Origin: Prevotella sp.
Lineage (GTDB): Bacteria; Bacteroidota; Bacteroidia; Bacteroidales; Bacteroidaceae
Assembly: GCA_017449725.1 (NCBI GenBank)
Contig: JAFTFC010000001.1
Span: forward strand, 6,979-70,978
Direction: 5' to 3'
Length of the DNA: 64,000 nt
Below, piece by piece: positions 45,765 to 55,816 of the stretch. A model generated the notes under the pieces. It was not told where the DNA came from, searched no databases, and was given only the letters and a program-made list of their open reading frames with translations. The translations under genes were made by a program, and so were the position numbers. Position 1 is the stretch's first letter. Every line of letters begins with the position of its first letter.

Positions 45765-47225
45765 ATGGGATTTCTGCTCGGTAAAACTGGTGCTGACTAC
45801 TTAAAAGAGTACGACAAAGCCTACAAAGACACGCGACAGGCGCAAGCGGAGGCTGCCGCCGATTATTACGACACTCGCGACCTCTATAACGCGAATAAGG
45901 ACTACTTTACGTCTATGGGAATCGAAGACCCAACCGCGTCATACTGGGGAAATAACGGGCAGAGAACCAACGCTTTAGAAGACACCATGTCGTCATGCCA
46001 AAAAGCCCTCTCTGATTTATCAGACGAGCGCGCAAAGGTAGCAAAGCAACAGAAGTACAACATCTACGGAGACGGTTTACTACCGTCGCTATTCGCATTA
46101 AACTCGTTCCACCAAGGCGGTACGGCACTACAAGACCTTGTCACCTCTGGTACGTCAAAGTGGGATTCCGGAGAGCGCGACGCTCTCTCTGATATAGGTG
46201 CGCTCGGAAACGCTGCCGTCACGACTGCCGCCTATGCAACTGGAATCGGTGGACTTGCGAAAGGTGCGGCTGGTGCTGCGGCTGGGAACGTGGCTAAAAA
46301 GGCTGCGACAAGCGCAGGACAGGCGTTTTTGCAAGGTGCAAAGGCTCCTGCGTTATATGGCGCGGTAGGTTCATTATCAAACTATCTACAAACCAATGGG
46401 CAAGACTCAAATATCGGCGGAGCGCTCGGAACTACGGCTCTCGGCGCTGGAATCGGTGGCTTGCTCGGTGGTACAGTCGGCGCGGCTGGCTACGGCATAA
46501 ACAAACTAAAATCAAACGCTATCGCTGGCAATGCTGACGCGGCGCAGGCTGCGAATTACCTCAAACAGGCGCAAGATAAGGTCGGTGAATACCAAAAAGC
46601 CATGGCTGACGCTTCCAATCTAGGACTAGATACTACTTCAGAACAAGCGCTCAAAAATACATATAGGGAGTTGTCGCGAGCAAATCACCCGGACAAAGTG
46701 CAGGGAATAGCAGGTCTGCTCCCAGCGAACGCTAGCGAAGCAACTGTTTCGCCATACACAGAAGCAGTCACTAAAGGCACTGGAAAGGGGAATCTAATGT
46801 TCAGTGATATAGTGACACCAGAGGCGCAGGCGATAAACAATTCGGCACTCGAAGCGGCAGAAAAAGCCGCTGCAGAAAAGTTTAAGCCAGTGAGTGACGC
46901 ATACAACACCTTACATGGCAACATCGGTACGCTAGACTTACTGAAAGGCGACGTAAAAGCGTATCAGGGCGCGCTCAAGAATATCACAAACCGCGCTACA
47001 CGCGAATATATCGGCAATAAACTAGGCTCTACCGCCATCGGAAAGGTCGGAAAGACCGCTGGCAAGTTATTATCTACCAAGACCGGTAAAATAGCGGCTA
47101 CGGCAGGCGGTGCGGCGGCTATCGCAAAACTGATTCCGAACGGAGAGAATAAAGTCGACTACGACAACCTGACCGACGAAGAATGGCAACAGATTATAAA
47201 TTATTATAATAATGGAGGACAATAA
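45765..47225 (+). CDS. Copy 2: J-domain-containing ejection-type protein
   Basis: Identical to 5652-7112. Confidence 0.65.
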   Translation: MGFLLGKTGADYLKEYDKAYKDTRQAQAEAAADYYDTRDLYNANKDYFTSMGIEDPTASYWGNNGQRTNALEDTMSSCQKALSDLSDERAKVAKQQKYNIYGDGLLPSLFALNSFHQGGTALQDLVTSGTSKWDSGERDALSDIGALGNAAVTTAAYATGIGGLAKGAAGAAAGNVAKKAATSAGQAFLQGAKAPALYGAVGSLSNYLQTNGQDSNIGGALGTTALGAGIGGLLGGTVGAAGYGINKLKSNAIAGNADAAQAANYLKQAQDKVGEYQKAMADASNLGLDTTSEQALKNTYRELSRANHPDKVQGIAGLLPANASEATVSPYTEAVTKGTGKGNLMFSDIVTPEAQAINNSALEAAEKAAAEKFKPVSDAYNTLHGNIGTLDLLKGDVKAYQGALKNITNRATREYIGNKLGSTAIGKVGKTAGKLLSTKTGKIAATAGGAAAIAKLIPNGENKVDYDNLTDEEWQQIINYYNNGGQ

Positions 47226-47227
47226 AA

Positions 47228-49990
47228 ATGAATAACTTACCTGCTCTACTCGGAAGCGCAGCAACTCGTGGATTAACCACGACTGGTGCTAACGCGCTTG
47301 CGAACGCAGCGGCTACGAGTTTAAGTATACCGCTCATATCAAAACTAGCGAATCCATCGGCTATTTCTACCGCCGCAGGGAACGCTATTGCTAACGCTGG
47401 CGCACAACGTGGCTCTATTGCGCTATCTCAATTATTGCCTACCAAGTCCGGCTCTGCCGTAGACGGTGTGATTAACCGCAATGCTGGTATTGTCCTCCCC
47501 AGTGCGAAAACTCCGTCATTTAGCGACGTGCTGGGCGAAAAATCCCTCGGTACTTACGGTGATATTACCGGACTGCTAGAAGCGGCTCAAGAAGACGCTA
47601 CACGTGCTGGCGGTTCTCTCGCGAAGAATACTAGCAAAGGTCTAAAACAACTCAAAAAAGACGTTATTGCCGACGCTGCAATGAATCGGTCGGAACTCAT
47701 GGCTGGCACTGCTGGCGGGGCTACGTCATGGTCTGACTTACCGAAACTCAAAACCTCCGAGATTAAAAGCCTTATCGGTGAATCTGGTGCGGACGTTCGA
47801 CCATCTCTACGTGGTAAACTATCAGAGGTAAACGGACGTTCAATCGGCGACCCTGCGTGGGGCGAGACATTTCCTGATATGACGCTAGACCGTACCGGCG
47901 GTGGATTCCAAGGCGATATTAACGATATACTAGACAGGTACGATACCGCATACGAAGCGAGACACGCTGGCTCTGACTTTACAGACGATAATATCGCTAG
48001 ATTCTTACAACTCAACCCAGAAGAAGACGCAAAATATTCGCAACTCGTTGCCGACGTGGTAAACGGCAAGCAGGAGATTCCGATTAACCAATTACTAGGA
48101 AAAGGGCAGTCTATTCCGGTACGAACCAATGCAGAAGTTAGCGGAGTGACTGCTACGGAGCCTATGGTAAACGCGACAACGCCTGCCACGGACGCACAGG
48201 CGGTGTCTAACGCGACAAAATCTACCTCTCCAATCGCTCCAACTCGCGGAGGCGGTCTGAATGAGGCTCAAGATAATGTCGCCGAGGCGTTTAATCTCTC
48301 CGGCGCTGGTGCTGGACAGGGTGGCGGTGGTGGTAGAATCACCGTCGGCTCGACAGCCTCGCCGGAGGATTACGGCTTCAACCAACCACTAGAGAACGCA
48401 GACGGGCAGAAAGTTATTAAGATTCAAAGCAAAGTCGGCAAATCCACATGGAAGCAAAAGAGCGCAGACTTCGATACTCGCAACTGGCTAGACAGCATGA
48501 ACGCTACTAGGGCGCAATATCAGGACGTATTCGCAGATAAAAGCGGTTCGGTCGGCGGTTATTACAAAAATGCCGCAGAACGTGGCTTGAGGAACGGTTT
48601 ACAGCGCTCAAACTTCAAAGAGTCAGTGCAGGCTATGCTAGACGCTCGCATGGACATCGTAAACAGGGCGGAAGCGTTAGCAGCGGACAACGGATTGACC
48701 GTGGCGTTGCCAGACATCGAACTTACGCCGGCAGAAGCCCAGAGCCTCATGTCAAACGGCGTGAACCTCGACATGGCATTGCAGGAGGGCAGGCTTACCC
48801 CTCCAGACGCAGAGGAATTACATCGCCTATTACAGAGGCAGAGTGTCAGACTGCGCGATTCTTCAGACGCGGCAGCGCAAGAGCGTGGGCTTGCACTTAA
48901 AAACGCAGCCAAAAAACTATCTGATTCTATCGACAAGACCATGGACACCCTCGGATTGAATTATAAAGACGAGTTCTTAAAGAATACCGGTGCTATCGGG
49001 GAAGATATGCAGTATCTCAACAGCATTGCGAGCAACGGGAAAGACCTCAAGTTCTCCGAGGTACGTCGCGATATGTCAGACCTCATGTCATTAAAGAACC
49101 TCGAGACAAACAAAATGAAAGCCGGCAAGACATTTAATATCGCAGGCGTAGATACAGGAGTGCCAAATCCTCTAGGAACGGCTACGGAAAAATTGAAAAG
49201 CAAGTTCTACCAAAAAGCAGCGCAGGCAGAAGTCAAACTCGGCGGAGCAGGTGGCGGAACTGGCGGTGGAACTACCGGTGGCGGTGGCTACGTGTTCGAT
49301 AATGGCTCGCGGAGTAGTCTATCTGGCTTGCTCGGCAATGCGAAGAAGATTGCACCTTATGCAGTAGGTGCTGGAATTGGTCTCATGATGGGAGGAAACC
49401 GCGGTGGTGGTGATTCAGACATCGAAGCGCAGAATACGTCAATGCTAGGCGGGAATACTGCTCAACCTACACAAGAAACGGTCTCTGACCCATATGGTGA
49501 GGTGACAATCGGTGGTTATACTTACGCAGAACTCGAAGACGGCTACTTTAACGCTATGGCAGCCGGTGATACGAACGCAGCGAAACAAATCGCCTCTCTG
49601 ATGGACGTATTAGAGGGTAGAGTTAGCCGTATATCAGAGGCACAGGAAAAGTCTAAAGAATCCTCAACCATGAGTGCCGGTATGAACGTACTTAACCAAC
49701 TCTACGCTCTCTACAAAAAGGCTGGAGGCTCGCAGGGAATCATTGGCGGTACATTTACTGGTGCCATGAATAATATCACTGGTGGCGCATACAATACCGA
49801 CGTGGCTACTTACGACCAAACACGCGCACTTACATCGTCATTGCTTGCAAGGGCGCTCGGTGAAAAGGGTACGCTCTCTGATACAGACCGAAAGTACATC
49901 AACGACAACTTGCCGAAGATGACGGACGACCCAGCCGTGGCAGAGAAGAAGTTTAACGCAATTTATCAGTTGCTCGAGGCAGCACAGTAA
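47228..49990 (+). CDS. Copy 2: large ejection-type protein
   Basis: Identical to 7115-9877. Confidence 0.6.
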   Translation: MNNLPALLGSAATRGLTTTGANALANAAATSLSIPLISKLANPSAISTAAGNAIANAGAQRGSIALSQLLPTKSGSAVDGVINRNAGIVLPSAKTPSFSDVLGEKSLGTYGDITGLLEAAQEDATRAGGSLAKNTSKGLKQLKKDVIADAAMNRSELMAGTAGGATSWSDLPKLKTSEIKSLIGESGADVRPSLRGKLSEVNGRSIGDPAWGETFPDMTLDRTGGGFQGDINDILDRYDTAYEARHAGSDFTDDNIARFLQLNPEEDAKYSQLVADVVNGKQEIPINQLLGKGQSIPVRTNAEVSGVTATEPMVNATTPATDAQAVSNATKSTSPIAPTRGGGLNEAQDNVAEAFNLSGAGAGQGGGGGRITVGSTASPEDYGFNQPLENADGQKVIKIQSKVGKSTWKQKSADFDTRNWLDSMNATRAQYQDVFADKSGSVGGYYKNAAERGLRNGLQRSNFKESVQAMLDARMDIVNRAEALAADNGLTVALPDIELTPAEAQSLMSNGVNLDMALQEGRLTPPDAEELHRLLQRQSVRLRDSSDAAAQERGLALKNAAKKLSDSIDKTMDTLGLNYKDEFLKNTGAIGEDMQYLNSIASNGKDLKFSEVRRDMSDLMSLKNLETNKMKAGKTFNIAGVDTGVPNPLGTATEKLKSKFYQKAAQAEVKLGGAGGGTGGGTTGGGGYVFDNGSRSSLSGLLGNAKKIAPYAVGAGIGLMMGGNRGGGDSDIEAQNTSMLGGNTAQPTQETVSDPYGEVTIGGYTYAELEDGYFNAMAAGDTNAAKQIASLMDVLEGRVSRISEAQEKSKESSTMSAGMNVLNQLYALYKKAGGSQGIIGGTFTGAMNNITGGAYNTDVATYDQTRALTSSLLARALGEKGTLSDTDRKYINDNLPKMTDDPAVAEKKFNAIYQLLEAAQ

Positions 49991-49999
49991 GGAGGCTCA

Positions 50000-51340
50000 A
50001 TGGGCGGAGACATTATACCATACGCGGCAGGGCAACTGTCGAATCTACTAGGCGGAGCGGCGAGCAGGGCAGTCGCTCCAGCCATAACTAACGCAGCGGC
50101 AAAGTCTGGCGGAGTTATGATGTCTAACCTATTGGGAAACGCAACTAAAATACCGGTGGCGCAGGTGTCTACTCCGGCGCAACAAATCTCCGTAAAAGAG
50201 CCAGAGATGGTAGACCTATTTAGAGGAATGTCGGCTAAAACCGACGACGACCTCACGAGTTTTGTAAAAGACCTCGCGAATAGGGAAGTGCAACCAGCCA
50301 CTTATGGTGGAGGGAATATGCAGGGAGAGGGCTATAACTTCTCTACTGGTAAAGACGTGGCGGAGTATTATGCTACTCGCAATCCTATTAACGAAAGTCG
50401 AACCATCGTCTCTACTAAAGTGCCAAAGAACCGGTTTATCACTCAAAACGAACAGAACCAAAACCGGCTTGTGGATTTTGTGCGCCGTGCAGAGGGGCGA
50501 GGCTACTCATACGAGGACGGCTCGAGCGCAGCGCAGGGCTTGAAAGATATGCAAAAATACTTTAAGAAAAACGGTATACTCGGCGTGAAAAGCAATAGCG
50601 GCGGAACTTACGTTATCAACAGCAACAGCGACGACTGGCTAAACAATCTCAAAGTGCTAGACGCAATGAAAGGCAGGAGAGAGGGAATCACGCAGGATTC
50701 GGAGTTGCTATCGAGGTTGCAGAACACCGTAGACCAAGAAATAAACAACAAAGTGTCGGGCTGGGTGGATTCAGGCTATTTAAGGGCTAGAGGAAACATG
50801 GAAAAGGTGGCGGAATCGGCAGGAAATACCAAAATCGACAAGGTTTATAACGCCATTGCCAAGTACAAAGAAGCCAACAAACAGAATATGGTGCGCGATA
50901 TGATAGAATACTACGATAATGACAACTTCGACTGGGCAGGTTTACAGAGGAGGGCGGAGAAGATAGTAAAAGCCGACTACGGCGACCAAGTATGGAGTGA
51001 CCTAAAATCAGTGGTAGAACCGGCAGTGAATGACGCGCCAAGCGAAGCAGCGCACCAGACTAACGTATCAGTATTACGCAACTTCCTAAATAGCAAGTAC
51101 AGCGATAAGATAGTAAAGGCGAGTAGAGAACTCGTAAAGCCGGGTACTAAAATATACCGCGTAGGCACTCCAGACGGTATATTCTGGTCTACGAAAAAGA
51201 GCGTCGGCGCAGGTTATGACGGAGCCGAGAATACAGCCATATTGAAAGCGAGCGACCGGTATATCGCGCCACAATTTACCGGTCTAGTGAAAAAGACTTT
51301 AAGTGACGAGTCAGAGGTTATCTTTTTGCCACGAAAATAA
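50000..51340 (+). CDS. Copy 2: ART-like domain protein
   Basis: Identical to 9887-11227. Confidence 0.5.
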   Translation: MGGDIIPYAAGQLSNLLGGAASRAVAPAITNAAAKSGGVMMSNLLGNATKIPVAQVSTPAQQISVKEPEMVDLFRGMSAKTDDDLTSFVKDLANREVQPATYGGGNMQGEGYNFSTGKDVAEYYATRNPINESRTIVSTKVPKNRFITQNEQNQNRLVDFVRRAEGRGYSYEDGSSAAQGLKDMQKYFKKNGILGVKSNSGGTYVINSNSDDWLNNLKVLDAMKGRREGITQDSELLSRLQNTVDQEINNKVSGWVDSGYLRARGNMEKVAESAGNTKIDKVYNAIAKYKEANKQNMVRDMIEYYDNDNFDWAGLQRRAEKIVKADYGDQVWSDLKSVVEPAVNDAPSEAAHQTNVSVLRNFLNSKYSDKIVKASRELVKPGTKIYRVGTPDGIFWSTKKSVGAGYDGAENTAILKASDRYIAPQFTGLVKKTLSDESEVIFLPRK

Positions 51341-51415
51341 CCAAAAGCCTATTGACAAAACCGAAAGGGTGTGCTATACTGGAGGTATAGTCAATAAGCA
51401 AGAAAGGAGCAAAAA

Positions 51416-51706
51416 ATGACTAAAGAAAAATCCAATAAATATGCGGTCTTAACCGACCAAGATATTAAAATTATCAAGAGTGACCCAGAGGGTCTAGCGG
51501 ACTACGTGATTCGCAACAAAGTACGCGCTACTCGCAAGACTATGATTATCATATCTATATTCGCAGTAGCAGCCGCTTTCGCAGCAGGTGTATTCTGCGG
51601 TATGGGAATCACGCGCGAGTCTATTCCTAACAATGTCGTGCAAATCAAAATCGGCAACGATGGCGAGGTAGCGAGCGACATCAACACCGAAGCCGAGGGA
51701 AAATAG
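51416..51706 (+). CDS. Copy 2: TM protein (frameshift N-terminal part)
   Basis: Identical to 11303-11593. Confidence 0.8.
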   Translation: MTKEKSNKYAVLTDQDIKIIKSDPEGLADYVIRNKVRATRKTMIIISIFAVAAAFAAGVFCGMGITRESIPNNVVQIKIGNDGEVASDINTEAEGK

Positions 51707-52056
51707 ACGGCTCGGCGGCGGAACCCGACCCGACCGAGCCTCTTACAGGGTGCGACCTAGTTCGTCACGAGGTATCTAAATGGTCTGACTGGGACGTAGA
51801 CGTTATGGTGGCAATATCTCAAGCAGAGAGCCACTGTCGTACTGACGCAGTTGGAGACACGAATATCACGTACGAGTATGCTGGTCGCACCTATGGCTAT
51901 TCTATCGGCGCATTACAGGTACGGATTCTGCCCGGACGTGAACACTGCGAGGACGGGGAGAACTACTGGGAGTGCGCGCATAGTATATGGCAATCACAGG
52001 GCTACCGCGCATGGAGCGTATGGTCGAATAACAAATATCTCGATTTTATGAAGTAG
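51703..52056 (+). CDS. Copy 2: lytic transglycosylase domain
   Basis: Identical to 11590-11943. Confidence 0.7.
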   Translation: MDGSAAEPDPTEPLTGCDLVRHEVSKWSDWDVDVMVAISQAESHCRTDAVGDTNITYEYAGRTYGYSIGALQVRILPGREHCEDGENYWECAHSIWQSQGYRAWSVWSNNKYLDFMK

Positions 52057-52112
52057 CGGTTGTATGTTATAATAGTGTTATATTAACCTTATCGCGAAAA
52101 GGAAGAAAAAAT

Positions 52113-52616
52113 ATGACAGCAACCGCAACATGGTATGAGAGGAACGGAGCAAGTGGTTCTACCACGAATACAGCCGTCTCTAACTGTGACTGGAAGTCAA
52201 CGGACGACGCGTCGGCTTCCCGCATTAACTACCCCGTGACAGCGGGCAACAATTCATACCACAAATATAATTACGTCGCATTTACTGGCGCATTTAACCA
52301 GATTTCAAACGTCAAAGTGGCGCATACATCAGGTACGCTAGGCACTGGCATATCTCTAAAAGGTAAAACTACCAATACCTACGCTACACCGGCGACATCT
52401 GCTCTCGGTAGCGCAACCGATATGACATCTCCGACCACTATTTCTAGCGGTCTATCTGTCAAACTCGGCACAAGCGACCCGACATACGCCACGAATAACA
52501 CGCTATCTAGCGCTGGTTATACGGCATTTATTATTACGCAGGTACAAACTACGTCGTCTGCGACAGCCGGTGATTCTGGAACTGCTACATTGACGCTGCA
52601 ATACGACGAAAACTAG
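52113..52616 (+). CDS. Copy 2: virion structural protein
   Basis: Identical to 12000-12503. Confidence 0.65.
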   Translation: MTATATWYERNGASGSTTNTAVSNCDWKSTDDASASRINYPVTAGNNSYHKYNYVAFTGAFNQISNVKVAHTSGTLGTGISLKGKTTNTYATPATSALGSATDMTSPTTISSGLSVKLGTSDPTYATNNTLSSAGYTAFIITQVQTTSSATAGDSGTATLTLQYDEN

Positions 52617-52628
52617 AAAGGAGACAAT

Positions 52629-53615
52629 ATGGCTGATTTTGAACACAATAAAGCCAATCTGGGAGCGGCTACGCTATCGTCAGCCATAACCAGTTCGCAA
52701 ACGAGTATCACGGTAGACGCTAGCGACGCTAGTACATTCCCCAGTACTCCATTTTATGCGACAATATCTCCAATCGGCGAAACTCCGAATCTTCTCAACG
52801 CAGAAATAGTAAAAGTGACCGCAATATCTTCCGGAACTCTCACTGTGGCGCGCGGACAACGCAGCACAACGGCAAAAGCGTTCGCAGCAGGCTCTGTCAT
52901 ATTTAATGGCGTGTATACGCAGGATTTAGACTATGCACAAGCCGTAGGGAGGGCGTTTTTCACGGCTTCCTACTCCGCAGGTGTATTCTATATCAACAAC
53001 GCTATGCTGCCTACTACCCCGACAGATGGTATGTCTATAAGAGTGATATTTTCGCAAGATGTCACCACAGGGGCAGTCGGCGTATCTCTGAACAACGGCA
53101 CGACGTACAATGTTTACGCAGGCGCTGCCATAACGTCGGACCACGGCTCCGCTACGACGAATCCGCAAGTAAAGTCCGGTATAATTTATGAGTTGGTATT
53201 CTATAATGGCGCATGGTACGTCATGAATCTACCAGCCAACAACTCGATAACGTCGGACAATATAGATTTTACGACATTGCGCAAGGTATTATACGATGGC
53301 GGAGACACTGGAACGACGGGCGATGTGGCGCTCTCCGAGTCTGCTGCGAACTACGAGTATATGGTGATTTATTTCCGACCGAACGACGGTTATTTGTCAA
53401 GCACCAAAATACGCAACCCCAACGGCAAACGAGCGTTCTTGATTTCTGGCTACGCCGGTGGCGGTACCTCTGACACTTCGGGCTGGAATATTAAGTTAAA
53501 GGTGGTGTCTATATCTGGCACGTCGATAACTCCATTCGCTTACAAGGAGTATAACGGCTCCGTGGCGAACTCAAACTATATCTATATTACAAGGATTGAG
53601 GGCTGGAATATCTAG
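52629..53615 (+). CDS. Copy 2: tail fibre
   Basis: Identical to 12516-13502, same cassette orientation. Confidence 0.75.
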   Translation: MADFEHNKANLGAATLSSAITSSQTSITVDASDASTFPSTPFYATISPIGETPNLLNAEIVKVTAISSGTLTVARGQRSTTAKAFAAGSVIFNGVYTQDLDYAQAVGRAFFTASYSAGVFYINNAMLPTTPTDGMSIRVIFSQDVTTGAVGVSLNNGTTYNVYAGAAITSDHGSATTNPQVKSGIIYELVFYNGAWYVMNLPANNSITSDNIDFTTLRKVLYDGGDTGTTGDVALSESAANYEYMVIYFRPNDGYLSSTKIRNPNGKRAFLISGYAGGGTSDTSGWNIKLKVVSISGTSITPFAYKEYNGSVANSNYIYITRIEGWNI

Positions 53616-54016
53616 CGGATTCTTCGTGCTATCATATACCCATCATAGATAGAGAACGACAGACTAGCCGCGCCTAAACGCACTGCTGCGCGAAATCTGC
53701 CAGAGGTGCCGGTGGCTTTAGCGATAATTGACGCAATTCTGCCTATACCTACACTATCAGTAAGCGTAGAACCTGCGGCAGCCACGGTAGAGAACCCAGA
53801 AACAAGGTCTACCGACAAATCGAACTCCGCAGACTGCCCCCAACCGAGAAAGTTCGTACGCACCTCTAACTCATAAACCGCGTTTTGTACCGTATCAAAA
53901 GTTAAATCCCAGCCAGACGGGTAGTTGTTCGCCCATGCAGTAGCGCTAGAGGTCATATTCACTCGCTTGCAGGCTTTATAGTTGTATAATGTCGTAAAAT
54001 CTATATTCTGCGACAT
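53612..54016 (-). CDS. Copy 2: silent fibre C-terminal cassette
   Basis: Identical to 13499-13903. Confidence 0.75.
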   Translation of the reverse strand: MSQNIDFTTLYNYKACKRVNMTSSATAWANNYPSGWDLTFDTVQNAVYELEVRTNFLGWGQSAEFDLSVDLVSGFSTVAAAGSTLTDSVGIGRIASIIAKATGTSGRFRAAVRLGAASLSFSIYDGYMIARRIR

Positions 54017-54119
54017 AAAACTATTGACACTCGTTCCGGTTATGATAAAATGATATTGAGGCTACACCCACAGCGGGTGGGCTTTTTAGTATCAAAAAAT
54101 AATTAAGAAAGGACAAACT

Positions 54120-55199
54120 ATGGTATTTAGTGAAAGAGTCACTGACATTACCTACAACGAGATTCTTCCTACGATTGTAGATTTCGTCAACAACTCCAAC
54201 ATCTTTACCGCTCGTGTTATGTCTAACGTAAAGACTTGGCGCGGCGTAAATATCAAGCAGCCAATCCGTATTGCTAACAGTACGACTGGCGGTTCGTTCG
54301 ATGGTCTCGATACTTTCGATACCTCTACTACGAACAATACCCGTACCTTGACTTGGTACGTGAAAGCCTACGAACAGAGTGTGGTCGTTCCGGGCATTGA
54401 AAAAGCCGTAAACGGCAACAGCGAGAAGCAGGTTATCTCTCTCGTGACTGACCGTCTCGACGAGGCTAAAATCTCCCTTACTCAAGCCATCGGCGATTTG
54501 CTTTATGGCAACGGTGTGGGCAAAGACATTGAGGGTCTAGGACTTATCGTAGACGATGGTACTACCTCTGCAACTTACGGTGGTTTGAACCGTAGCGAAG
54601 TTGCTGGTGCTAACGCAGACGTGACTGCTGCTGGTAGCGGTATTATCTCGCTCGCATTAGTCCGTAGCGAAATGACCGCAGTTTCTGCTGCTGGTGCTGG
54701 GCAAGAAGCCCCAACAATCGCTCTTACGACTCCTGAAGTTTGGGATTTGTTCGAGTCTCTATTGACTCCTACCATCTCTGCTCGCTATGATGTCACTGAT
54801 GTTAAGGGCTACAACCGCGTATCTGGTAAAACTCCTATGGGTACTACGGTTCCTGAAAGCGAACTCAAAGGCGCTGCTGGATTCGTCGCTATCTCATTTA
54901 GAGGTCGTCCAGTCGTGGCTGACGACAAGTGTCCTGCTGGCTTATTCTTCTGGCTAAACGAACACTATCTGTCATTCTACCGCTTACTCTCTAGCGATTT
55001 ACGCTCGGTAGATTCTAACCCGACCAAGACCGAGGGTGCGAACGAAGACATTAAACAGCCATCGTTCTTGCAACTCAAGGACTTTATGTCGCCAATCAAC
55101 CAATTCGGTGAAATTGGTGCCTTAATCGTGATGGGCAACCTCATCTGTAAGGCTCCTCGCCGACAAGGTAAGATTACTGGTATCACTACCACGGCTTAA
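54120..55199 (+). CDS. Copy 2: major capsid protein
   Basis: Identical to 14007-15086. Confidence 0.85.
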   Translation: MVFSERVTDITYNEILPTIVDFVNNSNIFTARVMSNVKTWRGVNIKQPIRIANSTTGGSFDGLDTFDTSTTNNTRTLTWYVKAYEQSVVVPGIEKAVNGNSEKQVISLVTDRLDEAKISLTQAIGDLLYGNGVGKDIEGLGLIVDDGTTSATYGGLNRSEVAGANADVTAAGSGIISLALVRSEMTAVSAAGAGQEAPTIALTTPEVWDLFESLLTPTISARYDVTDVKGYNRVSGKTPMGTTVPESELKGAAGFVAISFRGRPVVADDKCPAGLFFWLNEHYLSFYRLLSSDLRSVDSNPTKTEGANEDIKQPSFLQLKDFMSPINQFGEIGALIVMGNLICKAPRRQGKITGITTTA

Positions 55200-55268
55200 C
55201 CAACTTCCGGCAGGGGCAACTCTGCCGGAATGAACGATAATTTAATAATTTAAGAAAGGAAAAGCATT

Positions 55269-55781
55269 ATGGCTTCTACTATTGACAAAACCATACTCGT
55301 AGAGGGTGGGTTGTACAACGTAGACACTGCGCCTCGCTACCCATTAGGGTTTGAGGTGGAAGACGACAACGGTAAGAAATATCGCTACATCAAAGCGACT
55401 GCTGCTCTTGCTGCTGGTACGTCTTACGGTCTCGCTGGCTTTACTGCCATGACCGCTACTGCGGCTAACGGTGGTGCTGCCGTGTCAACAACCACTCCTA
55501 ACTCTGCTGTCTCCGGCGATTTAGTCGGGCAGATTGTAAAGGTGACTCGTGGTGGCAACGTTATCGGCGCTTACCCAATTACCGAGGACATCTGGACTTC
55601 TGGTACGGCTCACACCGTAAAAATCCCAGAGGTAAAGAGTGGCGATACTCTCGCTCTTGTGGGTACCAACGTCGGTTTGTGTGGCGGTTCCGCCTCCTCG
55701 ACTGCTGGTGACACCAACGGTATACCTATGGCTCCTATTGCTTCGGGTTCCTACGGCTTCGTATTACTAGCAGAATACTAG
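55269..55781 (+). CDS. Copy 2: capsid decoration protein
   Basis: Identical to 15156-15668. Confidence 0.65.
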   Translation: MASTIDKTILVEGGLYNVDTAPRYPLGFEVEDDNGKKYRYIKATAALAAGTSYGLAGFTAMTATAANGGAAVSTTTPNSAVSGDLVGQIVKVTRGGNVIGAYPITEDIWTSGTAHTVKIPEVKSGDTLALVGTNVGLCGGSASSTAGDTNGIPMAPIASGSYGFVLLAEY

Positions 55782-55816
55782 ACCGATAAACATTAACGCT
55801 AGAAAGGGAAAAATCT

